Origin: Eledone cirrhosa
Lineage: Eukaryota
Length of the DNA stretch: 64,000 nucleotides
Assembly: GCA_964016885.1 (NCBI GenBank)
Contig: OZ024748.1
Coordinates: forward strand, 44,826,001 to 44,890,000
Reading direction: 5' to 3'
Shown: positions 41,316 to 54,628 of the stretch, in pieces
Layout: each line of letters opens with the position of its first letter
How positions within the stretch are numbered: position 1 is the stretch's first letter
Position numbers and translations under genes: made by a program
Notes under the pieces: generated by a model
What the model saw: only the letters and a program-made list of their open reading frames with translations
Databases searched by the model: none
Told to the model about the DNA's origin: nothing

Positions 41316-41843
41316 ATCAATACAACCCCTAGAGGCGAACTAGCCTACAAATTTAGAAGGGCCCTAAAGAAACATAATCTCAATATTAAGATAGTAGAAA
41401 GACCTGGTACCTCCGTAAAAACACTTATTAGCAAGACATACCCGTTCCAAAGACCCTCATGTATAGATAAGAAATGTATAACCTGTAAAATAAGCCCCCA
41501 TATTAACTGTAAAACTAGAAATGTAGTATATAGCATAAGATGTACTGAAGGACAATGTAGAAACAAAAATGTAGTGTACATAGGTGAGACAGCTCGTAGT
41601 ATAGGGGAACGAATAAATGAACACTGGCGAGACCTCCAAGATAGTAAAGAATCATCTGTGCTCTACCAACATGCTAAGATAGAACACAGGGGTAAATTAG
41701 AGAGCATAGAAATAAAAATAGAATCCACACACAAGAAAGACGCAATGTTTAGGCAAATTACAGAGGCAGTAAGCATAAAAGAATTAAAACCAAAATTAAA
41801 TAGAAAATATGAGTGGAACAGCAACATCACAACTTACAATTAA
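41316..41843 (+). pseudogene. Penelope GIY-YIG endonuclease C-terminal fragment
   Basis: VVY..YIG..R..EH..E motif order. Confidence 0.85.
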
Positions 41844-42127
41844 GGACAAAATGAAAACACACACACACATAGAACAAACAACTTACAATTGAAAACACAA
41901 GACAAAATGAAAACACACACACACATAGAACAAACAACCAACCAACAATAAATAAATAAATAAACAAACAAATAGAAAAATATAAATAGAAAAATAGAAA
42001 AATGAACACAAACACACACAGACACCCGGATGTGGCGCATGCGCAAACTGAGCACGCAACCCACACACAAACAAAATGGCGTAGGATAGAAGAAAGGAAA
42101 GGCACAGGAACGAAGAAAGAAATCCCC

Positions 42128-42172
42128 AGTCACTGAAGAGGTCACAGAGTGTGTGACGAAAGAACTATGACT
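42128..42172 (+). ncRNA. Hammerhead ribozyme in the right Penelope arm
   Basis: AGTCA-CTGAAGA(G)-GTCACA gagtg TGTGAC-GAAAGAACTA-TGACT. Confidence 0.65.
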
Positions 42173-42327
42173 ATATATATATAAACAACTATCTGGTTGT
42201 GGAACCAACCAACCAACCAGAAATTTATAAATTTGTAAATTTATAAATATTTAATAAATTAAATTGAAGTGAAAGCAACTGGTGCGTGTGTTTCTTATTG
42301 GCAGCATGACCCTCCCAAAGTGTAACA

Positions 42328-42466
<139 letters not shown>

Positions 42467-42467
42467 C

Positions 42468-42584
<117 letters not shown>

Positions 42585-42589
42585 TATCA

Positions 42590-45500
42590 TCATCATCATC
42601 ATCATCATCATTTTACGTCCGCTTTTCCCTGCTTGCAAGGGTGGGACGGGTCTTATTCAGCACACCATCTCTCCACTCGTCACGCTCCTTCGTCATCTCC
42701 ACCGTGAGCTTCAATGATCTGAGGTCTGTTCTCACCACCTCCGCCCATGTTTTTCGTGGTCTACCTCTACCACGTCTTCCTTCAACTGGCATTTCCTGGC
42801 ACTTCTTCACCCATCGGTCATCCTCCATGCACATCACATGTCCATACCACCTCAGCCTCCTCTCCCGCACACTACATTCTATCCCTCTCAGACACAGTTT
42901 CTCTCTCAACACATTTATGCTGGGTCGTTCATGCACATTTACACTGCACATCCAACGGAGCATGCTTGCCTCATTTCTCTCCAGCCATCGCATATCCTCT
43001 GCGGTAGCTGCCCATGTCTCACTACCATGCAGCATCGCGCTCCTCACACAGGCATCATACAACCGGCCTTTCGTACGCAGGAAGAAACCCTTCTTCGTCA
43101 ACAGAGGAAGCAGCTCCCTAAACTTCTTCCAACCTGTCCTCATTCTAGATACTATGGCCTCGGAACACCCTCCTCCCATGCTAATCTGATCTCCTATGTA
43201 CCGGAAGCTATCCACCACTTCTATAGCGCCCTCCTGCATCTGAAAAATGTGTATATCAATGCAACTTCTACTGTCTAATTTCCCTGTACATCTACTGCAT
43301 ACATATTTCTCCCTACCTGTTAGTTTGCCTGCTATCCCACTACATCTCTTGTGTACCCAGGATCTGCATTGTGTGCATTTTATAGAATTTATGCCAGTTC
43401 CTTTTCTGCATATCGAACATGGCCATTTCCCTGACGGAATCAAGGTTTTGTCCTCTTTTCTACTCATCAACACCTTTGTCTTAGCTAGATTCATTCTCAG
43501 TCCTCTTGCTTCCAACTGCTGTTTCCATAGCCAGAATTTATTCTCTAGCTCCTCTACTGATTCTGCTATAAGAACCTGATCGTCAGCATAGAGAAGTTCC
43601 CATGGACAGCCAGTCTTAAAATCCTCTGTTATGGCTTGGAGGACTATAATGAACAAGAGCGGGCTGAGGACCGAACCCTGATGTACTCCTACTTGTATCT
43701 GGAATTCCTCACTAAACTCCATTCCTACCCTGACTTTACTGAGAGTACCTCTGTATAAAGTTTGCACTGTCCTCACAAGCCATTCCTCAACACCTAGCTT
43801 CCTTAGGGACCACCAGATGACAGATCGGGGTTCCCTATCAAAGGACTTCTCTAGGTCAACACAGGCTAAGTATAGTGGCTTATTCTTCTCTAAGAACCTC
43901 TCTTGCAATTGTCTCACCAAGAAGAGGGCATCTGTTGTACTCTTCCCAGGCACAAAACCAAACTGCATCTCATCTAGTTTGACCCTTTCTCTAATTAGTT
44001 GTGCTAAAATCCTTTCTGCCACTTTCATAACCTGATCTATCAGTTTTATACCCCTATAATTGCTCCTCTCCAGAGCATCCCCTTTACCTTTGTAGCAATT
44101 TATGAGAATACTGCTGCACCAGTCTTTGGGTATGACACCACCATATATAGCCTGATTGATGATGCGTGCAACCAGTTTAGTGCCTACGTCCCCTGATGCC
44201 TTCAGCATCTCAGCAACTATTCCCGATGGTCCGGCAGCCTTACCATTTTTCATTTCCCTAATCGCCTCTTGGACCCTATATTCGTCAATCTCAATAGCTG
44301 GTCCTTCTGTCGGATCTACCAAGGGTAATTTCTCTCTCTCCTATTTGTTCCCCACATTCATCAGTCTCTCATAATGACATTTCCAGGCCTCCTTTTTCTG
44401 ATCATTCGTGACACTAAGTACACCAGCATCATCCCGGACACATTTATCTCCAACAACATCCTGATTTGCATTGACACACTGCCTCGCAATGTGGAACACC
44501 GCACGCCTCTGATCTTCCCGTCGCAGAACATTGGCAAACCTCCTACTCTCTGCCTCCCTGCGTGCTAAGTACACCTGACGTCTAGCTTCTCTCTTAGTGG
44601 CTGTATATTCTTCCCTACTCCCACCCTTTTTCCAAGCCTTCCATGCTAGTCTTTTGTCTCTAATAGCCTTATCTACTGTGCTGTTCCACCACCAGGTCAC
44701 TCTCTGTCTGGTTGGAGCTCTGCTCCAGCCACAAGTTTCATCAGTAGCCTGCAGCAAGTTGTCACGTAAGAAATTCCAGTTATTATCTATGTCATACGTC
44801 TCTAAATCGTCTTCTTTTTCATCATATACATCTTGAAGGGCTTTCCTAAATTTGTATTTTAGTGAAAGGTCTTTTAGCTTCCAGACCTTTCTTCTCCACA
44901 CCTTCCTATATGTCTCATTCCATCTCTTGCTTACTGAGATATCACTAACAACTAACCTATGCTGTGGGGTACATTCTTCTCCAGGGTATGCCTTGGTATT
45001 AGACACTATCTGCCTGTCCCGCTGCCTAACTAGTAAGAAGTCAATCTGGCTTATGTGCTCACCAGATTTGTAGGTTATTAGGCAGGTTTCTGGAAGTTTG
45101 TGTTGCAAATTGTCAATGTACCTGCATCACAAAATTCAAGAAGTCTCACCCCTTCTTCATTTCTTGAACCGTAACCGTGCCCACCATGTACCCCAGTGTA
45201 ACCATCCTGGAGCTGTCCAACATGACCATTGAAGTCTCCTGCTAGCATAACGATGTCTCCGTCCTCTGTCATTGCGGTTGTTTGCAAAAGTTGCTCATAA
45301 AAGCAGTCTTTCTCATCTTTGCCTAGGCCTGCTTGGGGAGCATAGGCCGAGATGATTGTCAGTAGGCTCCTACCTACAACTAATCTAAGCTTAATTATTC
45401 GATTACTAACTCGAACTACCTCTATTGTCTTATTGATCCATTTCTCAGCCAGGAAAATGCCTACTCCCCCTAACCCATCATCCTTACCTACCCAGAATAG

Positions 45501-45860
45501 CTTATAGCTAAGACGTTTGCCTACGACTAGTCTCGCAGAGGCACCTCTCCATCTCACCTCTTGCACGCAGCACACATCCACCTGCCTTCTCTCCAGTATC
45601 TCCGCTATTTCAGCAGATCTACCTCTGAGAGTGCCAACATTAAGTGTTGCAACTCTGAGATGCGACGTCTTCATATTTTGTTGTTGTTCCTATTTGTTGC
45701 TGTGCTGATAAGCGTTTTGGCATTGATACACTGGTTGGATGCCCTTCCTAACACCAGCGCCACTTTACGGCATGGACTGGGTGCTTTTATTTGTGCCACC
45801 AGCACTAGAGAGGATGTCTTACTAGACTCAAGGGCCCTCTCTACTCCTCCATTTTACAGC
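42590..45860 (-). mobile_element. Near full-length RTE LINE (family B): APE plus RT, one frameshift (~45090) and one nonsense codon (44341-44343)
   Basis: TLNVGT, QE, SAYAPQ, GDFN, IDF, PQH; RT GVHQGSVLSP and YADD; (GAT)n tail. Confidence 0.95.
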
Positions 45861-46907
45861 ATGGTCATAAAAAACCCCCCAAAAAACAAACTTATTGACA
45901 CGACGCACACACACACACACACTCACACACCAACACTCATGCATACAAACCACAACCACACACACGCCACTCACATACCAACACTCATTCATGCATACAA
46001 ACACACACACCACTTACAAACACACATATATATATATATATTACCGGCAGTACTGATACAAATACAAGATCAAAATCAATATCATGTCAACTGTTGTCCT
46101 TTCCCAGTCCAGTTCAGCTTGTATATAATAATAATAATAATTGTTTGCGCTACGCCGGTTAAGGTGGTGGTGGTGGTGAATGGTGGTGGATGGTGTCAGT
46201 GTGGTGGTGGTGGATGGTCAGTGATGGTGGTGGCAGTTGTTGGTGCTGTAGTTGTTATTGTAGTTGTTGTTGCTGTTGTTGTTGTCGCTGTCGCTGTTGT
46301 TGTTGTTCTTCTTCTTCATTTCACTGCTGCTGTTGCTGCAGACAATGGTGTTGTTGCTATTGCAGTCGCATATATATAAACACATACATACACATTCAAC
46401 ACAGACAATGGTGTTGTTGCTATTGCAGTCGCATATATATAAACACATACATACACACGCATTCAACACAGACAATGGTGTTGTTGCCGTTGTTGTTGTT
46501 GCTGCTGTTGTTGTAGTTGTTGCTGTGTTGAAATCTGGTCGCATCCACTGAGATATACATATACACACACATATACACACACATATATATATATGTATAT
46601 ACACATACATACATCAAAAGAGTCAGCAGTATGTCAACAGGAACAGGGAACAGGTCAGCCACCTTAGATAGAGTAATGAGTACTGTGGTGATGGTGGGGG
46701 GGGGGGGAGTGTAGACGTTATTGTTATTGTGGTGGTGGGGGTTAGTGAGATGTACAAGTTCAAAGTTCACTTGTCTCTTTTCCTCTCTCTTCAAAACTTT
46801 GAATTTATGGCCTTTTGCAATGGCGGACAAGTATATATAATATATATATATAAGAGAAGCAAAGAAAATTTCAATGATACGAAAGATTTCCTGGTGGAAG
46901 TTCAGGT

Positions 46908-47283
46908 GTACTCAGGGTTGGTATCCAGTTTCGGGGTGAAAATCCAACTAATTTTGAGAGATCCACGCAAGCATTGATATATATATGTATGTAAAATGCA
47001 AACAGAAATAACAACACATATACTAATGAACATGTTTTTACATTAAACACAGAGGGACATCTGTAAATGATAATAACAATATTTAGATGTACTCAGGGTT
47101 GGTATCCAGTTTCGGGGTGAGAATCCAATTAGAAAATCCAACGAATTTTGAGAGAGGTTCACGCAAGCATTGATATATATATATGTATGTAAAATGTAAG
47201 CAGAAATAACAACACATATACTAATGAACATGTTCTTACATTAAACAGAGAGGGACTGTAAATGATAATAACAATATTTAGAT
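46908..47283. repeat. Tandem duplication of a ~185-bp unit
   Basis: GTACTCAGGGTTGGTATCCAGTTTCGGGGTGA at 46908 and 47089. Confidence 0.8.
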
Positions 47284-47763
47284 ATAAATGTACATATATA
47301 TCTCTATTGGTCTCATAATGTTTTCTCTTTCCCCTTGTGTGTAGCAACACGTGGTTGTGTGTGTTGCTGCTGACTCTAGCAGAGCCCAAGAAAACACGTC
47401 TTGCCCTAACAGTGGCTGCTCCCTATATATATATATATATATATAACTCACTCAATATGCAAATTAGGCTGCTCAGCCGTTAATTTTCATAAGGAAAGTA
47501 TATACTTTCGAACGTTCAACTATCTGGCAGATGGGTAAACGGTGCTGATGATAGCTAACAAGCTTGAAACTAGTACATCGTTCCTGTGTCAGTGTTGAAC
47601 AAAAAGGTGACGTGGTTGCCTTAACACCGTATGGCATAAATTCAGGCTGTTCGCTTTGTTGACAAACAAACGAACAAAGCGGCCGGCGTTATAATAAACG
47701 CCGGCTAAACTGATGCGTGCATATATGTATGTGTACCTGTATGCATATGTGTGTGTATATGTA

Positions 47764-47838
<75 letters not shown>

Positions 47839-48106
47839 ATATATGTGCATGCTACTGTACGTCTGTATACATATATGTATGTACGTATACATACATACTT
47901 ACATTTAAGTAAGTGCCATACTAAGAGTGAGAAATGAAATTTCGTTTTCATTTTTTTTCAACTTATATATATATATATATATATATTGGTAAAGGTAATA
48001 GAAAATGCTGACAAATTGTTCACAGTTGAAAAATGGTTTAATTAGGAATAAAAGAGTATTAGTGATTGTATGGGTTAGTATTCAGTTGTGGTTTTAAGTT
48101 TTTAAG

Positions 48107-48145
48107 TTTTTACCGGTTGCGCATTTCTAAATGCTTTTCAAAAAT
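48107..48145 (-). ncRNA. Hammerhead-like motif with a TTGAAAA core
   Basis: TTT-TTGAAAA-GCATTT ag AAATGC-GcAACCGGTA-AAAA; the GAAA box is mutated. Confidence 0.4.
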
Positions 48146-48493
48146 AATTTTGAGATAGAGTGTCCGTGCTGTTTGCTCTGATCTGATTAGTTTTGGGACT
48201 TCTACCTGTTTTTATGTTAAAAAAGTGGCTCCAGCGTTATTTTTGTGTTGCAAAATGCTTGTGGTCAAAACAATTTTGATTGGTCGGTAGAGGTCATGTG
48301 AATGTAAAAAGTTGATTTTGCGCCAAGACTGTTTTTATGTTAAAAAAGTGGCTCCAGCAAAAATTCTTGGTCAAAACAATTTTGATTGGTCGGTAGAGGT
48401 CATGTGGATAAAAAATTGGTTTTGCGCCAAGATTGAGAAATGACTCTTTCACAACAAATATGTGTGTGTGTGTATGTGTGTGTGTGTGTGTGT

Positions 48494-48539
<46 letters not shown>

Positions 48540-48614
48540 TAGTAGTAGTAGTAGTAAGGTGTTCGATGCTGCGACAATGGCCAGCAGCGATGTGTGTCAA
48601 ATGGCTATTAAGAT

Positions 48615-48682
<68 letters not shown>

Positions 48683-48838
48683 CAGAGTCATTCGAAGGTC
48701 AAAAGATATTTTTCAGCTTTTGTCTTATACGGAGAAGTGCGTGTGTGTGTGTGTGTGTATAAGTCTCTTTGTATGTTGATGTACGCGTGTGTATGTGTTT
48801 GTGTATATATGTGTGTGTGTGTGTGTGGGTGGACCAGT

Positions 48839-49754
<916 letters not shown>

Positions 49755-49765
49755 ATATATATACA

Positions 49766-49988
49766 TTGGTCTTCCTCTTCTAGTGTGTCCATGTAGGGGC
49801 TCCCAAAGGAGCACTGAGTGCAATGTCAACTCTGGATGTCGGTGAGCATGTCCAGCTAACCTCAGTCTCCTCTGTGTCACTTTTGAGCTGACTTTTGGGC
49901 TGCTCCCATACAGCTCTGATTTTTTCATCCTCAGTGTATACTGATTAATGTTCAGAGCCATCCTCAGCATTTTCGTGTAGCACCCATA
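49766..49988 (-). mobile_element. RTE-type RT C-terminal fragment
   Basis: YTKMLRMALNI..RRLRLAGH..R..LLWEP.HG..RRGRP. Confidence 0.8.
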
Positions 49989-50263
49989 TATATATATATA
50001 TATGTGTGTGTATATAGTAATAATAATAAATTTGAAGACTAAAATCCAAAGAGGGCTCGATAAGGATAAATATATATCTCAAATATATAAGAACCGTAGA
50101 GCAAATATTTATTAAAATAACAGATTAAAGTTATGAGAAAGTATACGTACCTTCACAAAACATACAGGTAATATATACTTACCTATGCAAATAAGTAAAG
50201 GTATAAACAAAACATATACTTAGCTACCACATCAAGACGTAAAATATCCGCGTATACATCGTA

Positions 50264-51033
50264 CTATCCGTTAGGGTATAACGTGGGGCTGTAATACAGG
50301 AAAGTTTTGTGCAATTTATGTTTACAAGCCGAAATTGCCTCAGATTTTTTGTTTAAGATGTGGTCTGTGGCGTAGAGTATTTCCAGGGCCTCAGCGGCGC
50401 AGAGGTCACATGGTCTTTTATTTCCATTATACGATCTAGCCCTAGCTAGGATCTCCCAGTGTAACTTAAATTGGGTGTGGTTGTCTTTTAGACTCCAGAT
50501 ATAAGCTGAAAGTGACGTCATATTCCTTCTTAGAGGGTAACGAAAAGAATGGGTATGCATGTAAAGACGCTGCTTGAATCTATTGGCGGTTAACCCTATG
50601 TAGGCCCTACGGGACGTGGGTGTTTCAACCTTACATTTGTAGACAATGTTACTAGAGAAGCATTTCCCGGATAGGGGGCAATCAACCCGATTCCTACAAT
50701 TACAGTTAGTACTAACTACAGGGTTGCACGTGTTCCTACGGCTAGGTAGTTTAGCTAAATTTGAAGCTGTGATGTTATGTGCAAGGTTAGGAGTCGTAGA
50801 GTAAGAAATTTTAATAGTATTTCTATTGAAAATTTTACTATATTTATGTGTAGGGGGAACATGCTTCGTAATAAGGGAAAGAAAGATCTTAGCTAATGGT
50901 GTGGCCACCTCCATATTATATGGTGGGTTATACCAACAAATGCGACGGGAGCTATTTCTTCTAGGTCTATTTTCGTACTCTGTATATGCTACCTTATCGA
51001 CAAATCCACTCCGAGCAAGAGCTTCATTGTAAT
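50264..51033 (-). mobile_element. Penelope-like element ORF 3' part (linker plus GIY-YIG)
   Basis: WYNPPY, KIFNRNTIKISYS, CNCR..CPL.G.C, IVYKC..YIGLT..FKQR..H, C.LC..E, C.H. Confidence 0.88.
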
Positions 51034-51326
51034 AATATTAATGACGTATTATCTTCGTTTTTTTCGTTCATTGCCAGAGAACGTCTCTATGAACCGCCTA
51101 AGAGAACATTAGTCTACGACCTCTTTTATACCATAAACGTGGTTCTGTCTTTGCGCGTAATTGTTTTTCACCGCTCCTATTAATGACGTATCTTATTCGT
51201 TTTTTCCCGTTCTTTGCCAGCGAACGTTTCCACGAACCAAAGTATCGTCTTCCTGTCTTCCTCCGGTTGCAACGTTTTTTGAAATATCCACTTCTGCGTT
51301 TACAGATTGACTTTGTTAGTTTCAGA

Positions 51327-51602
51327 AGATCCCGTTAAGGGTGAAAGCAGCGATTCTGGTGCCCAACTGGGAGAGGGCAGTGAGCGCCTGGAGACATTCC
51401 AGTTTCCAAGCGCTATCCCTCGGTCTTTTTCTGACCCAGGACTGCAGCTCCGTCAAGGAGACGAGCTGTGGGAAAATATGCCTGGCGAACGGCGACCACA
51501 CCCGTTCACCATCAAGGAAGCACCAGAGATGTCGTAGCCTCAGCGCATGTTTGCGCATCATCAGCCATGGCATGCCCAGTCCTCCACGCAACGGGTGTTG
51601 AC
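51327..51602 (-). mobile_element. Tx1-type ORF2 fragment
   Basis: GGLGMPWLMMRKHALRLRHL; nearly identical to 52822-52945. Confidence 0.85.
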
Positions 51603-51644
51603 GAAATGCCTACGACGGTTGGAAGGCCACTGATGAAGGACAAA

Positions 51645-51730
<86 letters not shown>

Positions 51731-51736
<6 letters not shown>

Positions 51737-52100
51737 TGAGGAAAAAGTGGCGGAATAGTGTTCTGAACACGGAACCATACAGCTATTTCAGTACACTGGG
51801 TAGTGACCACCGGCTTGTTATGAGTGAGGTCCGCGTGAGCTTAAGAAAGAGCAAGGCTCAGCCCCGGAGAACAATCTATGACTGGGGAGCTTTCAAGGAA
51901 GATGATAAGCTACAGGAGAGGTTCACGGTGGAAGTGAGAAACAGGTTTAGTGCTCTGTGTGGAGAGTCAGAGGAGAGAGAGATTGGATGGACTGAGGAGA
52001 GTGTGACAAGGAGGTACGGGCACTTCACCAATGCAGTGGCGGAAGCAAGTGAAACCCTGGTGCCGAGGAAAAAGAACAAAGGAAGGGAGAGAAGCCTAAA
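51731..52100 (+). mobile_element. RTE-type APE fragment; duplicated at 63833-64000
   Basis: MVRKKWRNSV..SDHRLV..F..EVRNRF. Confidence 0.8.
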
Positions 52101-52237
52101 AAAGAAGTAAGTGACATAGTCACTACTTTAAAATAATAGAGCAAGGTCTTCAAAATGTTTTTAATTAAACATACGGTATATTGCCAAATATACTATACAT
52201 ACAGCCATGTATACATCACTATTTCAGAGCAACAATC

Positions 52238-52305
<68 letters not shown>

Positions 52306-52415
52306 ATATTAATAAATGGAAACTATATCGATAACTCATAAAAATTCAACTAACTTACACCGCCGTAGTTACCGCCGTCTCATAATAACAGCAAATAATA
52401 ATAATAATAATAATG

Positions 52416-53770
52416 ATTTCTTTATTCGCCACAAGGGCTGACATCAAGAAAAACATTACAGACAATACAGGACGGTACGATGTGGGTTTTGTGCGTGTAA
52501 ATATTTTTATTATTTATATAAGAAAAGAAAAAAAAAGACAGAACATATATATATATATAAACAATAAAATTGAAAATTGAAACAATGAAAAATTCCCCAA
52601 TAGGGGGAAACCTCCGAGGGGTACTCGTGGCGAAAACCACACAAAAGACCACGGCCACCCTGACCACCAGGGCAAGCGCCCTCTCTCAATTTTTCCATCT
52701 CTCAAACTACAGACGTATTTTCAAGTGGTCCCGTTCACTCGGACCATTCTCGCTACATTCACCCACCTTTCAACAAACTTGCTAGAAGGCAGCACTTGCC
52801 TCTCCACCCTGATTTTCCTCTTGCCTGGCGAACGGCGACCACACCTGTTCACCATCAAGGAAGCACCAGAGATGTCGCAGCCTCAGCGCATGTTTGCGCA
52901 TCATCAGCCATGGCATGCCCAGTCCTCCACGCAACGGGTGTTGACAGCAGATGGATCGTCTGACCATGGGAGCGCGTCCCTTCCACAAAAAGCGGAAGAG
53001 GAGGCGCTCCATTTTGGTGAGAGTTGGGCTGGAGCAAGGGACGACGGTGAGGCGGTAGCAGATGACGGATGCGATGTACGCATTCGCCACCTCCGCCCAG
53101 CCTTTCAGGGACAGCTTCCTCTCAGCCCATTTCTGGGTGAGGGAGGCCACCCTGCTCGTCACCTAGTCACCTCGTTCCAGTTTTTGTCGAGGTATGCACT
53201 GAAGTCCATGCCCCGATCCGGGCCGCCGCCGCTCCCGAACAGTTCAGCAAAGTGCTGCTGAAAAGCTTCACACATCTGCCTCGGGTTCGAGCATCACGCA
53301 CCCGTTTTGGTCAGACAAAGACCGAATTGTGGCTTTGTTACCACGTCGCGCCTCTGCCACCCTGGCCCATTGGACGGCTTTTGTCCCCTCATGTTTCAGA
53401 GCACGCGCTCTAGCTCTGACAACACAGCCTTCGTGTTTTGCGTTGAAGAATTGGTCGAGTGCCAATCTCGCCGCACGCACGTCGGTTGCGATGCCTGTCC
53501 TAAACGCCTCTTCTAGCTTTCTGACTAGCTCTCCCTCTACTCTATTTTCCTCTATCACTACTCCTTTGCTAAACCTAATCGACTCTACTTATATTGCCCT
53601 TTTCAGGGCGAACCACCACCTGTTGTTGACGATCGCTCCCGTCAACACCCGCTTAACTAATACGCTAATCCGGTCTCTGTAGGCTTTGCGCGCCGGGAAA
53701 GACGCGTTCAGCTTCCAGTAACCAGGCCCTTGTCTATGAAATCTGTCTATGTCGATCTCACAGATCACGA
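52416..53770 (-). mobile_element. Tx1-type LINE 3' portion with two large internal deletions
   Basis: GPGYWKLN...DFSAYLD|KNWNEVT (RT missing)...WSPFARQ|C-terminus; AATAAAGAAA plus (ATT)n tail. Confidence 0.85.
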
Positions 53771-53878
53771 TAAATGGAAACTTAGTGCAATTCGTAGATT
53801 ACTACTATGAACCCAATGTACGCCCACCCCATAGCTTTCGTCTGTCCCCTCTCTATCTCTCCCTCTCTATCCATTCCA

Positions 53879-53936
<58 letters not shown>

Positions 53937-54628
53937 CCTAGGTCCACCTCCCTCCCTCTCCACATCTATGAACCTGCCCTCTGGGGCAATAAATAATTCC
54001 AACCTTGACTATCAACGCATCGCTTAAGGTGGTGGCTTTAAAAGTAACCAGTATAATAAAACCCCTACCACAACATTTTGATTAAGATATCTACAAACCA
54101 CTCTCTCCCATTTCTCCAACCCCTGCATATCTCTCTCTCCCCCTCCCCTTCTTTTCTCTCTTCCTTTTCTACTCTATCTTCCCCAATAACCTCACTTAAG
54201 GGTATTTACATTGTAAATTTTAACAATTCTGCTCTGATGATACAGTGGTCACAGCATTTGATAACTGAGTTTTGCAAATAGTTATACATTTGCACATAGC
54301 ATAACTAGGCTGTATAACCACCGTGGAAACATTTGTAAGCACACAGAATAAATTACCTTTCTATGATGTCTACCTGTTATTATTCATTCTTTGTATATAT
54401 ATATATATATAGATTTCTTTATTTACCATAAAGGCATAAAAAGAAGGGACAAATACAAAGGGGGAGTTTACATATAATCGAGTAAAAAGGGTGTAACATG
54501 AAAATAATCGAAAATAACCTCAAAAGGGAGGGGACGTGATGGGGGTTGCACACACCCCCGAAAAAGTGTGCAATCCTTTGCCCGGGGAGCACATGGAGAA
54601 GGTGCTCCCCTCTCCTTTACTTCTTTAC

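Noticed and set aside
51601-51649. Permuted hammerhead (GAAA before CTGATGA)
   Set aside because: No closing stem I at the cleavage site and no stem II partner
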